From Prevotellaceae bacterium (lineage in GTDB: Bacteria > Bacteroidota > Bacteroidia > Bacteroidales > UBA932): 64,000 nucleotides of DNA. Positions 1-8,577 of the stretch are shown here, in pieces (within the stretch, counting starts at the first letter, position 1; each line of letters begins with the position of its first letter). The stretch lies in NCBI GenBank assembly GCA_031263585.1, contig JAISFN010000096.1, positions 2,849 to 66,848 on the forward strand, written 5' to 3'. Position numbers and translations under genes: made by a program. Below the pieces are notes generated by a model. That model searched no databases, was not told where the DNA came from, and was given only the letters and a program-made list of their open reading frames with translations.

Positions 1-1
1 C

Positions 2-241
2 ATTACCATATACCTTAAATTTACTATTTTCAGTGCATTAATTGCAGCCTGTCTTATTCCTACCGAAATCGGGTTTGTATGGTACTTGTCTTTATATTTT
101 ATCATCGAAATTGCTTGCGCCATTGTTATCGGATTTCTTGAGAGCTTCAGGGCACGTTACCGTTTGCCGCGTAACCCATCATACATGATTACTATAACAG
201 CCATGGCCTTTGTTGCGCTTATAACGGCTGCCGTAATGTAA
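2..241 (+). CDS. 3' end of a NuoH-family membrane subunit of a group-4 [NiFe] hydrogenase / formate hydrogenlyase complex (HyfC/HycD-like); the 5' part lies outside the window
   Basis: The frame is open from the window edge to TAA at 239-241. The hydrophobic tail ...FLESFRARYRLPRNPSYMITITAMAFVALITAAVM resembles the C-terminal E-x3-AR-x-RL region of HycD/HyfC as I remember it. A clear HyfE homologue follows 30 bp later. Confidence 0.5.
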   Translation: MTIYLKFTIFSALIAACLIPTEIGFVWYLSLYFIIEIACAIVIGFLESFRARYRLPRNPSYMITITAMAFVALITAAVM

Positions 242-270
242 ACCGTTCAATTAAAAATCGGACAATAAAA

Positions 271-900
271 ATGATAAAGCTATTTATATTACTTTTTGCA
301 TTTTCGCTTATATTTTTATCAATTACCGAGCGTTTCCGTACCTATGCCATGCTCATACGCCTACAGGGTTTCCTCCTTTTTGGCATATCGTTTTATTTGC
401 TCGAAGATATCAACCCGTTAAACTTGATATTTATTGTTCTCGAAACATTGATATTTAAAGCGATTATTGTACCATGGCTATTGTACCGGATAATTCATCA
501 AACAGGTATTGCCCGGGTTCATAAAAATGCTTTACCCAGCTTTTACTCCGCTATTTTAACAATTATCGCCTTGCTGATAAGCATTGTTACCGCCTATGCT
601 TTGTCCGACTCGAAAATCGATGCCTCATTCCTTACCATTTCGATATTCACCATGCTTACCGGATTATTGTTGATTATAACGCACAAACGTATTTTCTCAC
701 ATATGGTCGGCTTCTTGGTTATCGAAAATGCCGTATTTCTGTTTTCGATTGCAGCAGGAACCGAAATGCCTATGCTGATAAATACGGGAATTTTGCTTGA
801 TATATTCATAAGCGTACTAATACTAAGCTTTTTCATAACCAAAGTAAACGATAGTTTACATACGGCCGATAGCGAAAACTTAACCGAACTTAAAGATTAG
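271..900 (+). CDS. hyfE: Hydrogenase-4 component E-like membrane subunit
   Basis: 209-aa polytopic membrane ORF. The C-terminal part ...FLVIENAVFLFSIAAGTEMPMLINTGILLDIFISVLILSFFITKV...TADSENLTELKD matches the HyfE pattern (..ENG..L......P.L...GI..D.....V........K....T.D..NLT.LK) recalled from E. coli HyfE. Confidence 0.75.
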   Translation: MIKLFILLFAFSLIFLSITERFRTYAMLIRLQGFLLFGISFYLLEDINPLNLIFIVLETLIFKAIIVPWLLYRIIHQTGIARVHKNALPSFYSAILTIIALLISIVTAYALSDSKIDASFLTISIFTMLTGLLLIITHKRIFSHMVGFLVIENAVFLFSIAAGTEMPMLINTGILLDIFISVLILSFFITKVNDSLHTADSENLTELKD

Positions 901-1232
901 GTTTAGGCAAATGAAAATTTATGCGACTCAATAAGAAATATTTGCTTTTACAAAAAGAAAATCGGGAAAACTAAACAATACGCTAACCGAAGTGTATACC
1001 CATTAGTAATTAAACACTTTCGGCTGGATATTTTGAAAAAAACATGCATAGTGAAAAAATATGTGCACTAAGAAATCAAAACACTGTCTTAAAAGATATT
1101 AAAATACTATTGTTAAAAAATAAATTTACTATTTTTGTAAATTATTCATTATCCGTATTGCAATAGCGCTTTACAAATCTGAATGCAATCATTGATAAAT
1201 ACTGAAATACAGACATATTAAGTTATACCACA

Positions 1233-3830
1233 ATGAAAAAACTTTTCACAATATTAGTTTGTGTCCTTATAAGTCTTTCGTTATTTGCCCAAAAAACTAA
1301 AAAAGCCGAAAAAGCGTATAACGAAGGAAATTATCCTTTGGCTATCGAAGAATACACATTACTTAAGGAACAAACCGGTGACTCCCAGCTAAAATCCCAG
1401 TTCGATTATTATATCGGAGAGTCGTACCGGAAAATGAACCGACCGGACAGGGCAGAAAAACCTTTTTTGAATGCCATTCGAGGCGGGTACATGTCCAAAG
1501 ATATTTTCCGTTCATTGGGCGAAGTTCAGTTGAAGTTGGGCAAATATGAAGACGCCCTTTCTTCTTTCGAATCATATAAACGTTCGAGTCCCAGTGATCC
1601 ATTAGCTGAAGTCGGTATAGCATCCTGCAAATATGCCCAGGCAAATACATTCGTCAATCCGTTTTTCGATCCCAAACCGCTGGATCGTGTTAATTCCAAT
1701 AAAAACGAACTCGGTGTAAGTTATTTTAACGACGGGTTAATCTTCTCGTCAACCCGTGCGGTTTACTCCAATAGCAACAAGGATGACGAAGAAGATGACG
1801 ATTCGGATAAAAAAGAAGTATATACCCGGTCGGGTTTAGGACAAGCAAGGGTATTTATGGCCTCGGGAAACAACGGTACATTCGGGCGAGCCATTGAAGT
1901 TACCGAACTAAACAAAATGAAAGATTTTTCAAATGATGGCGTATTTTCGTATGATCCTTACAGCCGGCAAGGGTTTTATGCCCGTTCCGATGGAAAAAAA
2001 TCCTATATCCAGTTTATGGAGTATAAAAATAACAAATGGATAAAGAAAGATAAAATAGAAATCGACAGTAAACGTGAACCTATCGGGCATCCATTTATAA
2101 CCCCCGACGGCAACCGTATTTATTTTACATCAACTATGGCAGGAGGCTATGGTAAAAGCGATATCTGGTATATCGAACGTACCGGAAGCGGATGGACTAA
2201 CCCCATAAATGCCGGAGACAAAGTAAATACTGCCGGTAATGAAGTATATGCCACTGTTGCCAGCGATTATCTGTTTTTCGCTTCCGACGGGCATGTTGGG
2301 TTTGGAGGGTTTGATATTTTCGCTTCCAAAATGGTCAACGGTATACCGCAACAGGCTTTTAATATGGGACATCCGTTTAATACTTTTGCCGATGATTACA
2401 ACTTAGCCATGCGTACCGATATGGAAGAGGGGATTTTTGTTAGCGGACGCAATGTTCGTGGAGGCGATGATATCTATTATTTTAAAGGGTTACCCAGTGC
2501 AGTTATTGCCTCGGGCGCAATTACCGATGCCGAAAGCGGGATGCCGGTTACCAACGTACTGGTTGAATTAGTTCAAGGTAAAAATAATACGGTAGTAAAT
2601 AAAACAACAACTAATACCGATGGTAAGTTTTCGCTTTTTGCTGAACCCGAACGACAATATATACTAAAAACCACGGTCGCCGGTTATCCGTCGGCTTCAT
2701 TAAATTTGCCAACCGATGCTAACCGTTTTGGCAAGCTAAATGATTTGGACATAAAATTATCATCGAACGCTTCTGTTATTTCCGGAAGAGTATATGCCCG
2801 AAATACTTTTATATCGCTTGAAAATATTGATGTTTCTCTTTTGGTTAATGGTAAAGTTACTCAAACAGCAAAAACTAATTTCGATGGTATATATAAGTTT
2901 GGCGATATCAAAGGAAATACGCAATATACTATAAAACTGTCTCCTGAAGGTTATTTTTCCGATAGTAAACAATTGGCAACACCGGCTCTAACTCGCAATT
3001 TCGATTTTAGCAAGGCCGGAGGTTATGATAACGATTTTGCATTAGAAACCCTTGAGGTAAATAAAGAGATTTTTATGAATAAGGTTGATTTTCCGAAAGA
3101 AAAATCCAATTTATTATCCGAGTCGTTCCCAGAATTAGACCGTTTAGCCGATCTATTTATTAAAAATCCGCAATGCCGGATTCTTATAACAGCTTATACC
3201 GATGTCCGGACCAACGCAAAAACCGCGACAGACCTGACTACACAAAGGGCAGATGCCGTTAAAAGCTATTTTACCGCAAAAAGTGTAAGTACCGGCCAAT
3301 TAACTACAAAGGGCATGGGAAGAAACCGGCTACTGATTTCGAATGCAAAAACTGAAGAAGAACATAAACGCAACAACCGTGTAACTTACACCGTTACGAG
3401 TGTAACAAAGCTTAACGAACCGGTTACTGCCCCTACAACAACACCGGGTAAAACAACAACTACACAACAACCGTTAACAACGCCGGGTACAACGGCTAAT
3501 CAGCAAAAACCAGGGGATAGTACACCTACCCAAATCACTACACCGGTAACAACACCGGGTATAACAACACCTGTGACAACAGACGATTACGAAAGCTTAC
3601 CGTTTCGTATACAAGTAATGACGCTAAAGGCGCTAAAAATCGATAATCCATTATTTAAACGCATTAAATCGGAATTAAAAATGGATGTGCACCATGCTGT
3701 TGGAGCCGATGGCTTGTACCGTTATTATGTAGGCGGCTTTGCTACAAAAGAAGATGCCACGAAAGTGCTTCAACAACTTAAGGCGATGAAAATTGAAGGT
3801 TGCTGGGTTAGACCCAAAAGCGAATATTAA
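1233..3830 (+). CDS. Multidomain envelope protein: signal peptide, TPR, TolB/PD40-like repeats, carboxypeptidase-regulatory-like Ig domains, OmpA-family peptidoglycan-binding domain, Thr/Pro-rich linker, C-terminal SPOR domain
   Basis: 865-aa ORF with an N-terminal signal (MKKLFTILVCVLISLSLFAQ). TPR-like YNEGNYPLAIEEY. PD40-like PFITPDGNRIYFTS / DIWY. OmpA-like block LDRLADLFIKNPQCRILITAYTDVR...NRRV. TTPG/TTPV low-complexity linker (about 3421-3590). SPOR-like tail FRIQVMTLK...YRYYVGGFATKEDATKVLQQLK. Confidence 0.8.
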   Translation: MKKLFTILVCVLISLSLFAQKTKKAEKAYNEGNYPLAIEEYTLLKEQTGDSQLKSQFDYYIGESYRKMNRPDRAEKPFLNAIRGGYMSKDIFRSLGEVQLKLGKYEDALSSFESYKRSSPSDPLAEVGIASCKYAQANTFVNPFFDPKPLDRVNSNKNELGVSYFNDGLIFSSTRAVYSNSNKDDEEDDDSDKKEVYTRSGLGQARVFMASGNNGTFGRAIEVTELNKMKDFSNDGVFSYDPYSRQGFYARSDGKKSYIQFMEYKNNKWIKKDKIEIDSKREPIGHPFITPDGNRIYFTSTMAGGYGKSDIWYIERTGSGWTNPINAGDKVNTAGNEVYATVASDYLFFASDGHVGFGGFDIFASKMVNGIPQQAFNMGHPFNTFADDYNLAMRTDMEEGIFVSGRNVRGGDDIYYFKGLPSAVIASGAITDAESGMPVTNVLVELVQGKNNTVVNKTTTNTDGKFSLFAEPERQYILKTTVAGYPSASLNLPTDANRFGKLNDLDIKLSSNASVISGRVYARNTFISLENIDVSLLVNGKVTQTAKTNFDGIYKFGDIKGNTQYTIKLSPEGYFSDSKQLATPALTRNFDFSKAGGYDNDFALETLEVNKEIFMNKVDFPKEKSNLLSESFPELDRLADLFIKNPQCRILITAYTDVRTNAKTATDLTTQRADAVKSYFTAKSVSTGQLTTKGMGRNRLLISNAKTEEEHKRNNRVTYTVTSVTKLNEPVTAPTTTPGKTTTTQQPLTTPGTTANQQKPGDSTPTQITTPVTTPGITTPVTTDDYESLPFRIQVMTLKALKIDNPLFKRIKSELKMDVHHAVGADGLYRYYVGGFATKEDATKVLQQLKAMKIEGCWVRPKSEY

Positions 3831-3912
3831 CAGGATAACCCATAAAATACACAGAGGATGTCAGAAATATATTCCGGCATCCTCTGTTTTGCAACTATAA
3901 AACCTGTAAATA

Positions 3913-4046
3913 ATGAATATCGAAACCATATGCGAACATTGCTGACAAAAGCTGAAGTAACGGAATCGTCGCCATTTGGCGATGATAATATTGTGTTTAA
4001 AGTATGCGATAAAATATTTGTTTTGCTTAGCCTCGACAAACCCTGA
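3913..4046 (+). pseudogene. Eroded MmcQ/YjbR-family gene fragment
   Basis: ATG at 3913 gives MNIETICEHC then a stop. A shifted frame continues LTKAEVTESSPFGDDNIVFKVCDKIFVLLSLDKP, which matches the N-terminal consensus of YjbR/MmcQ proteins (MNIE.IREYC......V.E..PF.....VFKV..K.F.LLSLD.P). The C-terminal half of the family is missing. Confidence 0.5.
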
Positions 4047-4154
4047 ATTAACTTAAAAATGGATTGATGAGTCATACAGGCTTGTTGTAACTAAGTGTTG
4101 CCCAAAAAAATTACAACAATTGTTCGATCAATAGCTTGCTTTATCCGGATGTAT

Positions 4155-4985
4155 CTACCCCACAAATAATTGTTCGGGCAATTGTGCTATTATTTTTATG
4201 CGTATGGCCTCATTTAAAAAGAATTCGACAGCCTGGCGTCCTTCTTCACCCAAATTAACTGTATAATTATTCACAAACAACGCAATATGTTTTTGCATTA
4301 CATTTTCATCTATTTCCTGAGCATGGAAACGGACAAAGTCGCAGCTTGCACTGGGATTTTGCAAGGCAAACTCCACGCTACGGTGCAAAACTCTGTCGAT
4401 TTTACGTTGAGTTTCAATTGGTAATTTCCGCGATACGGCAATACAGCCTAATGGGATGGACTTACCCGAATAACCCTCCCAAAAAGCCCCCAAATCGCTG
4501 ATTAATTGTAAGCCTTTTTTTGCATACGTAAAACGGCTTTCGTGAATCAATACGCCGGCATCCGTTTCGTTGCTCAAAACGACCTCCTCGATATCCGAAA
4601 AAAGGTACTCCCTCGGTTCCTTTATTTCCTGAAAAGCTGTTTTCAACAAAAATGCGGCGGTAGTATAGCGTCCCGGAACGGCAATAGTAATATGCGGAAC
4701 TTCATCGAGGTAAACCTTCCGTTTACTTACAAACAAAGGCCCATTACCACGCCCAAGGGCACTGCCTGCATTTAAAATGGCATATTTATCGGCAACATAA
4801 GCATATGCATGATAACTGAGTTTACTAACATCCATATCCGCTTTTATGGCATGATGGTTCAATTCTTCTACATCGGCCATAAATACCTCAAAACTCAATC
4901 CCTCCGTATCAATACGTTTATTAACAATAGCGTCAAAGATAAATGTATCGTTGGGGCAAGTTGAAAAACCAAGAGACAGTTTCAT
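4155..4985 (-). CDS. mqnD: 1,4-dihydroxy-6-naphthoate synthase (futalosine pathway of menaquinone synthesis)
   Basis: The 276-aa ORF is collinear with MqnD: MKLSLGFSTCPNDTFIFDA..., SKLSYHAYAYV, GRGNGPLFV, AVPGRYTTAAFLL, DAGVLIHESRFTY, IPLGCI, NLGEEGRQAV. Confidence 0.85.
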   Translation of the reverse strand: MKLSLGFSTCPNDTFIFDAIVNKRIDTEGLSFEVFMADVEELNHHAIKADMDVSKLSYHAYAYVADKYAILNAGSALGRGNGPLFVSKRKVYLDEVPHITIAVPGRYTTAAFLLKTAFQEIKEPREYLFSDIEEVVLSNETDAGVLIHESRFTYAKKGLQLISDLGAFWEGYSGKSIPLGCIAVSRKLPIETQRKIDRVLHRSVEFALQNPSASCDFVRFHAQEIDENVMQKHIALFVNNYTVNLGEEGRQAVEFFLNEAIRIKIIAQLPEQLFVG

Positions 4986-4995
4986 TACAAATATT

Positions 4996-5760
4996 TTATT
5001 TCCGTACTAAATAAATAATTTCGTTGGCTGGTAAAGCATACCGGATTATATCCGCTTTAGGCAAGGTTTTTACATAATCATCTTCAACAACAATAAATCC
5101 GCCTTTTTCCAAACGCTTGCCATAATCGGCTCCAAACTCGCGCAAATGGTCGCATTGCCCGAAATGCCTAGCACGTTCTTCGGGTGTAGTAATACACGGA
5201 TCTTCATAGGTAATTTCCCGACTATAATTAACAGGCGATTGAATGATTCCCCACCCGCCCGGCCGCAGTACTCGGCATAATTCCTGTAAAGCCTTCAAAT
5301 CGTTGTCTACATGTTCCATAATATGATTACATAATATCACATCGAACGAATTATCAGGAAAAGGAATATCCTGCACATCCATCTTTACCTTTGCTAAAGG
5401 CGATTCCAAATCAGCTGTAATATAGTTGTCGTCCAATAATTTTTCAAAACGTTTGATAAAACAAAATTCCGGGGCTACATGTAAAACTTTGGGATTAGCT
5501 GTATAAAAATCAGTTTTATTCTGTAAGTACAATTGTATCAACCTATGTCGTTCCAAAGCCAGACAATGAGGGCAAAGCGCATTTTCGCGTAGTTTGCCAT
5601 ATCCGTAAGGCAAAAATTTATGGTAATGATTGCAGCATACTGTGCATTCAACCTTATCTCCTATATAAAAAACTGATATAGTGCGCGTTACTAATTGAGC
5701 GAACAGTTGCAGGTATTTACGAGGCACATGCTTTAAAAAAAAACGGATAATTTGTTTCAT
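4996..5760 (-). CDS. Class I SAM-dependent methyltransferase with an N-terminal Cys-rich (zinc-ribbon-like) segment
   Basis: 254 aa. CTVCCNHYHKF...CPHCLALERHR is followed by methyltransferase-like motifs (VLHVAPE, FDVILCNHIMEHV, VLRPGGWGI). Confidence 0.7.
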   Translation of the reverse strand: MKQIIRFFLKHVPRKYLQLFAQLVTRTISVFYIGDKVECTVCCNHYHKFLPYGYGKLRENALCPHCLALERHRLIQLYLQNKTDFYTANPKVLHVAPEFCFIKRFEKLLDDNYITADLESPLAKVKMDVQDIPFPDNSFDVILCNHIMEHVDNDLKALQELCRVLRPGGWGIIQSPVNYSREITYEDPCITTPEERARHFGQCDHLREFGADYGKRLEKGGFIVVEDDYVKTLPKADIIRYALPANEIIYLVRK

Positions 5761-5827
5761 AAAACAATTTTAAAATGCGTTGATGAGTTGATTTGCCTAT
5801 TCTCTAATCGGTACAATAAAATAGCTA

Positions 5828-6664
5828 TTATAATTTTATATTTCCCGTTATTTCCGATATTTTTTGTAAATACATCTCGGGGATATTTTGCTTTAACATT
5901 CTCTGTAAAACGCTTATATCTCCGCTCGAATAAAAACGATAGTTGGCATCCAAACCAGTATTGTTCACTAAGTTCTGTTCTTCCAGCAATTGCTTTGTGC
6001 GTATAGCAATTGCCGGAGCCGGGTCAAGCACAAGCAATTCGTTTCCTGCTATTTTCCGGATATTATCTATTAAAAAAGGATAATGTGTACAACCCAGCAC
6101 CAAATGGTCGATACGGTCGACCAACATCGATTCGATATATTTTCGTAGTAAAGCTTCTGCTTCGGGCGTTCCTGTTTTGCCCTGCTCAATCAATTCCACT
6201 AGTCCCTCTCCCACCCTGATATCTACATTTACATTCGATGCAAAACGGGCTTTTGTCTCGTTAAATAACCGTCCCTTTAACGTCCCTTCAGTTGCCAGTA
6301 TTCCTATCGATCCGGTTTGCGAGTTAAGCGCAGCAGGCTTTATTGCCGGCTCCATTCCCACAAAATTTATCCCGGCAAATGTTTTACGCAAATAATCAAT
6401 GGCTGCCGATGTTGCCGTATTACACGCAACCACTATAATTTTGCATGTTTCGGAGAGTAAAAAACGTACTATTTTATCGCACAAGCTAATGACAGCCTCC
6501 TGCGGTTTCGGGCCGTACGGACAATTTCCACTATCGGCAAAATACACAACTGATTCGGATGGTAAAAGTTTTACAAGCTCTTTCCAAACCGATATCCCAC
6601 CAACACCCGAATCAAACATTCCGATAGGTTCCTCCGATTGTCTATTCCGATTTATTATATTCAT
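5828..6664 (-). CDS. murI: Glutamate racemase
   Basis: Motifs MFDSGVGGISV, VVACNTATSAA and LGCTHYPF are present. I chose the start at the internal Met (6664) because the longer ORF runs into the upstream terminator hairpin at 6689-6722. Confidence 0.9.
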   Translation of the reverse strand: MNIINRNRQSEEPIGMFDSGVGGISVWKELVKLLPSESVVYFADSGNCPYGPKPQEAVISLCDKIVRFLLSETCKIIVVACNTATSAAIDYLRKTFAGINFVGMEPAIKPAALNSQTGSIGILATEGTLKGRLFNETKARFASNVNVDIRVGEGLVELIEQGKTGTPEAEALLRKYIESMLVDRIDHLVLGCTHYPFLIDNIRKIAGNELLVLDPAPAIAIRTKQLLEEQNLVNNTGLDANYRFYSSGDISVLQRMLKQNIPEMYLQKISEITGNIKL

Positions 6665-6688
6665 TATAAGCAATATATAATCAAGTAA

Positions 6689-6722
6689 AATTATAGCCAT
6701 CCTTTAAAGGATGGCTATAATT
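6689..6722 (-). terminator. Perfect 15-bp stem hairpin downstream of the last skp paralogue
   Basis: AATTATAGCCATCCT-ttaa-AGGATGGCTATAATT lies 19 bp after the stop of 6741-7262 (minus strand). Confidence 0.6.
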
Positions 6723-6740
6723 TATTAAATTCTACTGGAA

Positions 6741-7262
6741 TTACTTTGTTATACCTAATTCTTTTTTCACTAAATCGAGCACATTGATTGCCTGCGCTTC
6801 GTTCATGTATGGCAGTGCTCCTGCGCTTGTATCAAAAATATAGGTAAACCCATTGTCCTTACCCACTTTAGTAATGGCATTACGGGCTTTAGTTAAAATA
6901 GGCATCATCAACTTTTGCGACTCCTCGTTATACTCATTTTGAGAACTCTCCATTTTTTCTTGTACCCTACGCTGCATATCGTTAATTTCGGTTTGCTTAG
7001 CTGTTTTAACAGCATCTGTCCATCCTGCTTCGCCTTTTTGGTAAGCATCAACCTTTTTATTAACCTCCACTTGCATTTCCTCAATTACCAGTTCCAAATC
7101 TTTACCGTAGGCTTCCATTTTCTTTTGCACCGAATCAATATCGGGCATAGCCTGCATTAATTCGGAACTGTTGATATAGCCAAACTTATACGATTGCCCC
7201 GATAAATTACCACCAGATACGGCAAGCAAAGCTAATATTAAAAAAATATATAATTTATTCAT
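6741..7262 (-). CDS. OmpH/Skp-family periplasmic chaperone (paralogue 3)
   Basis: 173 aa with a signal peptide and a coiled-coil Lys/Glu/Gln-rich body. It sits downstream of bamA. It is close to the neighbouring paralogue (FGYINSSELMQAMPD / FGHINTQELIQAMPE; both end LVKKEL.ITK). Confidence 0.85.
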   Translation of the reverse strand: MNKLYIFLILALLAVSGGNLSGQSYKFGYINSSELMQAMPDIDSVQKKMEAYGKDLELVIEEMQVEVNKKVDAYQKGEAGWTDAVKTAKQTEINDMQRRVQEKMESSQNEYNEESQKLMMPILTKARNAITKVGKDNGFTYIFDTSAGALPYMNEAQAINVLDLVKKELGITK

Positions 7263-7298
7263 TGAAATTCAAATTATTAAATAAAGACACTCAGCTGC

Positions 7299-7820
7299 CT
7301 ATTTCGTTATATTCAATTCTTTTTTCACCAACGGCAAAAGGTCTGTACTTTGTGTTTCGTTAAAATATACAAGTACATTGGTGCTCAAATCAAAAATAAA
7401 AGTAAAGCCATTCGCTTTTGCCACTTTATTTATTGCTTCGCGGGCTTTTGTAATAATCGGTTCTAGTAACTTCTGGCTTTCGCGGGCATAATCCTGTTCT
7501 GAATTTTGGGACTGTTCACGTAACCTGTTCATAACATCGACCAATTCTCTTTGCTTGGCTGCTTTTACCGCATCTGACCAGGTATTCTGCTTATCATTAA
7601 AATCATTCAGCTTTTTTTGATAGTCTGTTTGCATATCCTGAATTATCTCATGCAAATCCTTTTCATAGGCTTGCATCTTTTGCTGATACGACTCTAACTC
7701 CGGCATAGCCTGTATTAATTCCTGGGTATTAATATGCCCGAATTTAAGCGATTGAGCAGATACTTTCCCTGCAGATAAGGCAATAACAGCAGCAATTACC
7801 AATGTAAATATTTTCTTCAT
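7299..7820 (-). CDS. OmpH/Skp-family periplasmic chaperone (paralogue 2)
   Basis: 173 aa, with the same architecture and length as 6741-7262. Confidence 0.85.
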   Translation of the reverse strand: MKKIFTLVIAAVIALSAGKVSAQSLKFGHINTQELIQAMPELESYQQKMQAYEKDLHEIIQDMQTDYQKKLNDFNDKQNTWSDAVKAAKQRELVDVMNRLREQSQNSEQDYARESQKLLEPIITKAREAINKVAKANGFTFIFDLSTNVLVYFNETQSTDLLPLVKKELNITK

Positions 7821-7868
7821 AAAGATTTATAATTTAAAATTCGTGTTTTTTCACGTGTAAAGTTACTA

Positions 7869-8384
7869 TTAATTTTTATATCCCAATTTTTCCACCACCT
7901 TATCACTAAGGTCATATTTCGGGTTATTGTAAATAATCCCGGGATTATTGCTTACGTCAAAAATAGTTGCATAGCCGCCATCATTCGCTAGTGTTTTTAT
8001 TGCATTAAAAACCTGGTCTTGTATCGGCTTCAACAATTCTTCCTGTTTTTTCGCTATGGTTCCTTCAGGGCCGAAATACTTTTGCTGCAAATCCTTAACC
8101 TCCTTTTCACGATCAATAATTTCCTTCTCACGGGTTTGCCGCATCGATTCACTTAACAACACTTTTTCCGACTGGTATTTTTTAAACAAATCATCTACCT
8201 TTTGATAAGCCGCTTCAACTTCTTTCTGGTATTGGGTAGAAAGTTTTTCAAGTTGATCCTGAGCAGTTTTATACGAAGGAACTTTTTTCAAAATATATTC
8301 AGTATCAACATAGGCAAATTTTTGGGCTGAAGCTATACCTACCACAAATATAATAATACCCAAAGTAATAAATAACTTTTTCAT
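7869..8384 (-). CDS. OmpH/Skp-family periplasmic chaperone (paralogue 1, more divergent)
   Basis: 171 aa. Signal peptide, then KFAYVDTEYILKKVP and a coiled-coil body. It lies directly downstream of bamA. Confidence 0.8.
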   Translation of the reverse strand: MKKLFITLGIIIFVVGIASAQKFAYVDTEYILKKVPSYKTAQDQLEKLSTQYQKEVEAAYQKVDDLFKKYQSEKVLLSESMRQTREKEIIDREKEVKDLQQKYFGPEGTIAKKQEELLKPIQDQVFNAIKTLANDGGYATIFDVSNNPGIIYNNPKYDLSDKVVEKLGYKN

Positions 8385-8577
8385 TGTATTGATATTTAAA
8401 TAAGTAATTCTAAATATTTATTTTACACTTCAATTTATACCTCGCTTTTAACTATATAAGGTACTTTATTAAATAATTATTATTAACCGTGTCAAATATT
8501 GTGCCAGGCAGTTCCGCATACATGTATCTTGTTTAATATTAGGTTATTCAATGAGAAATTAACAAACAAATATTCCC

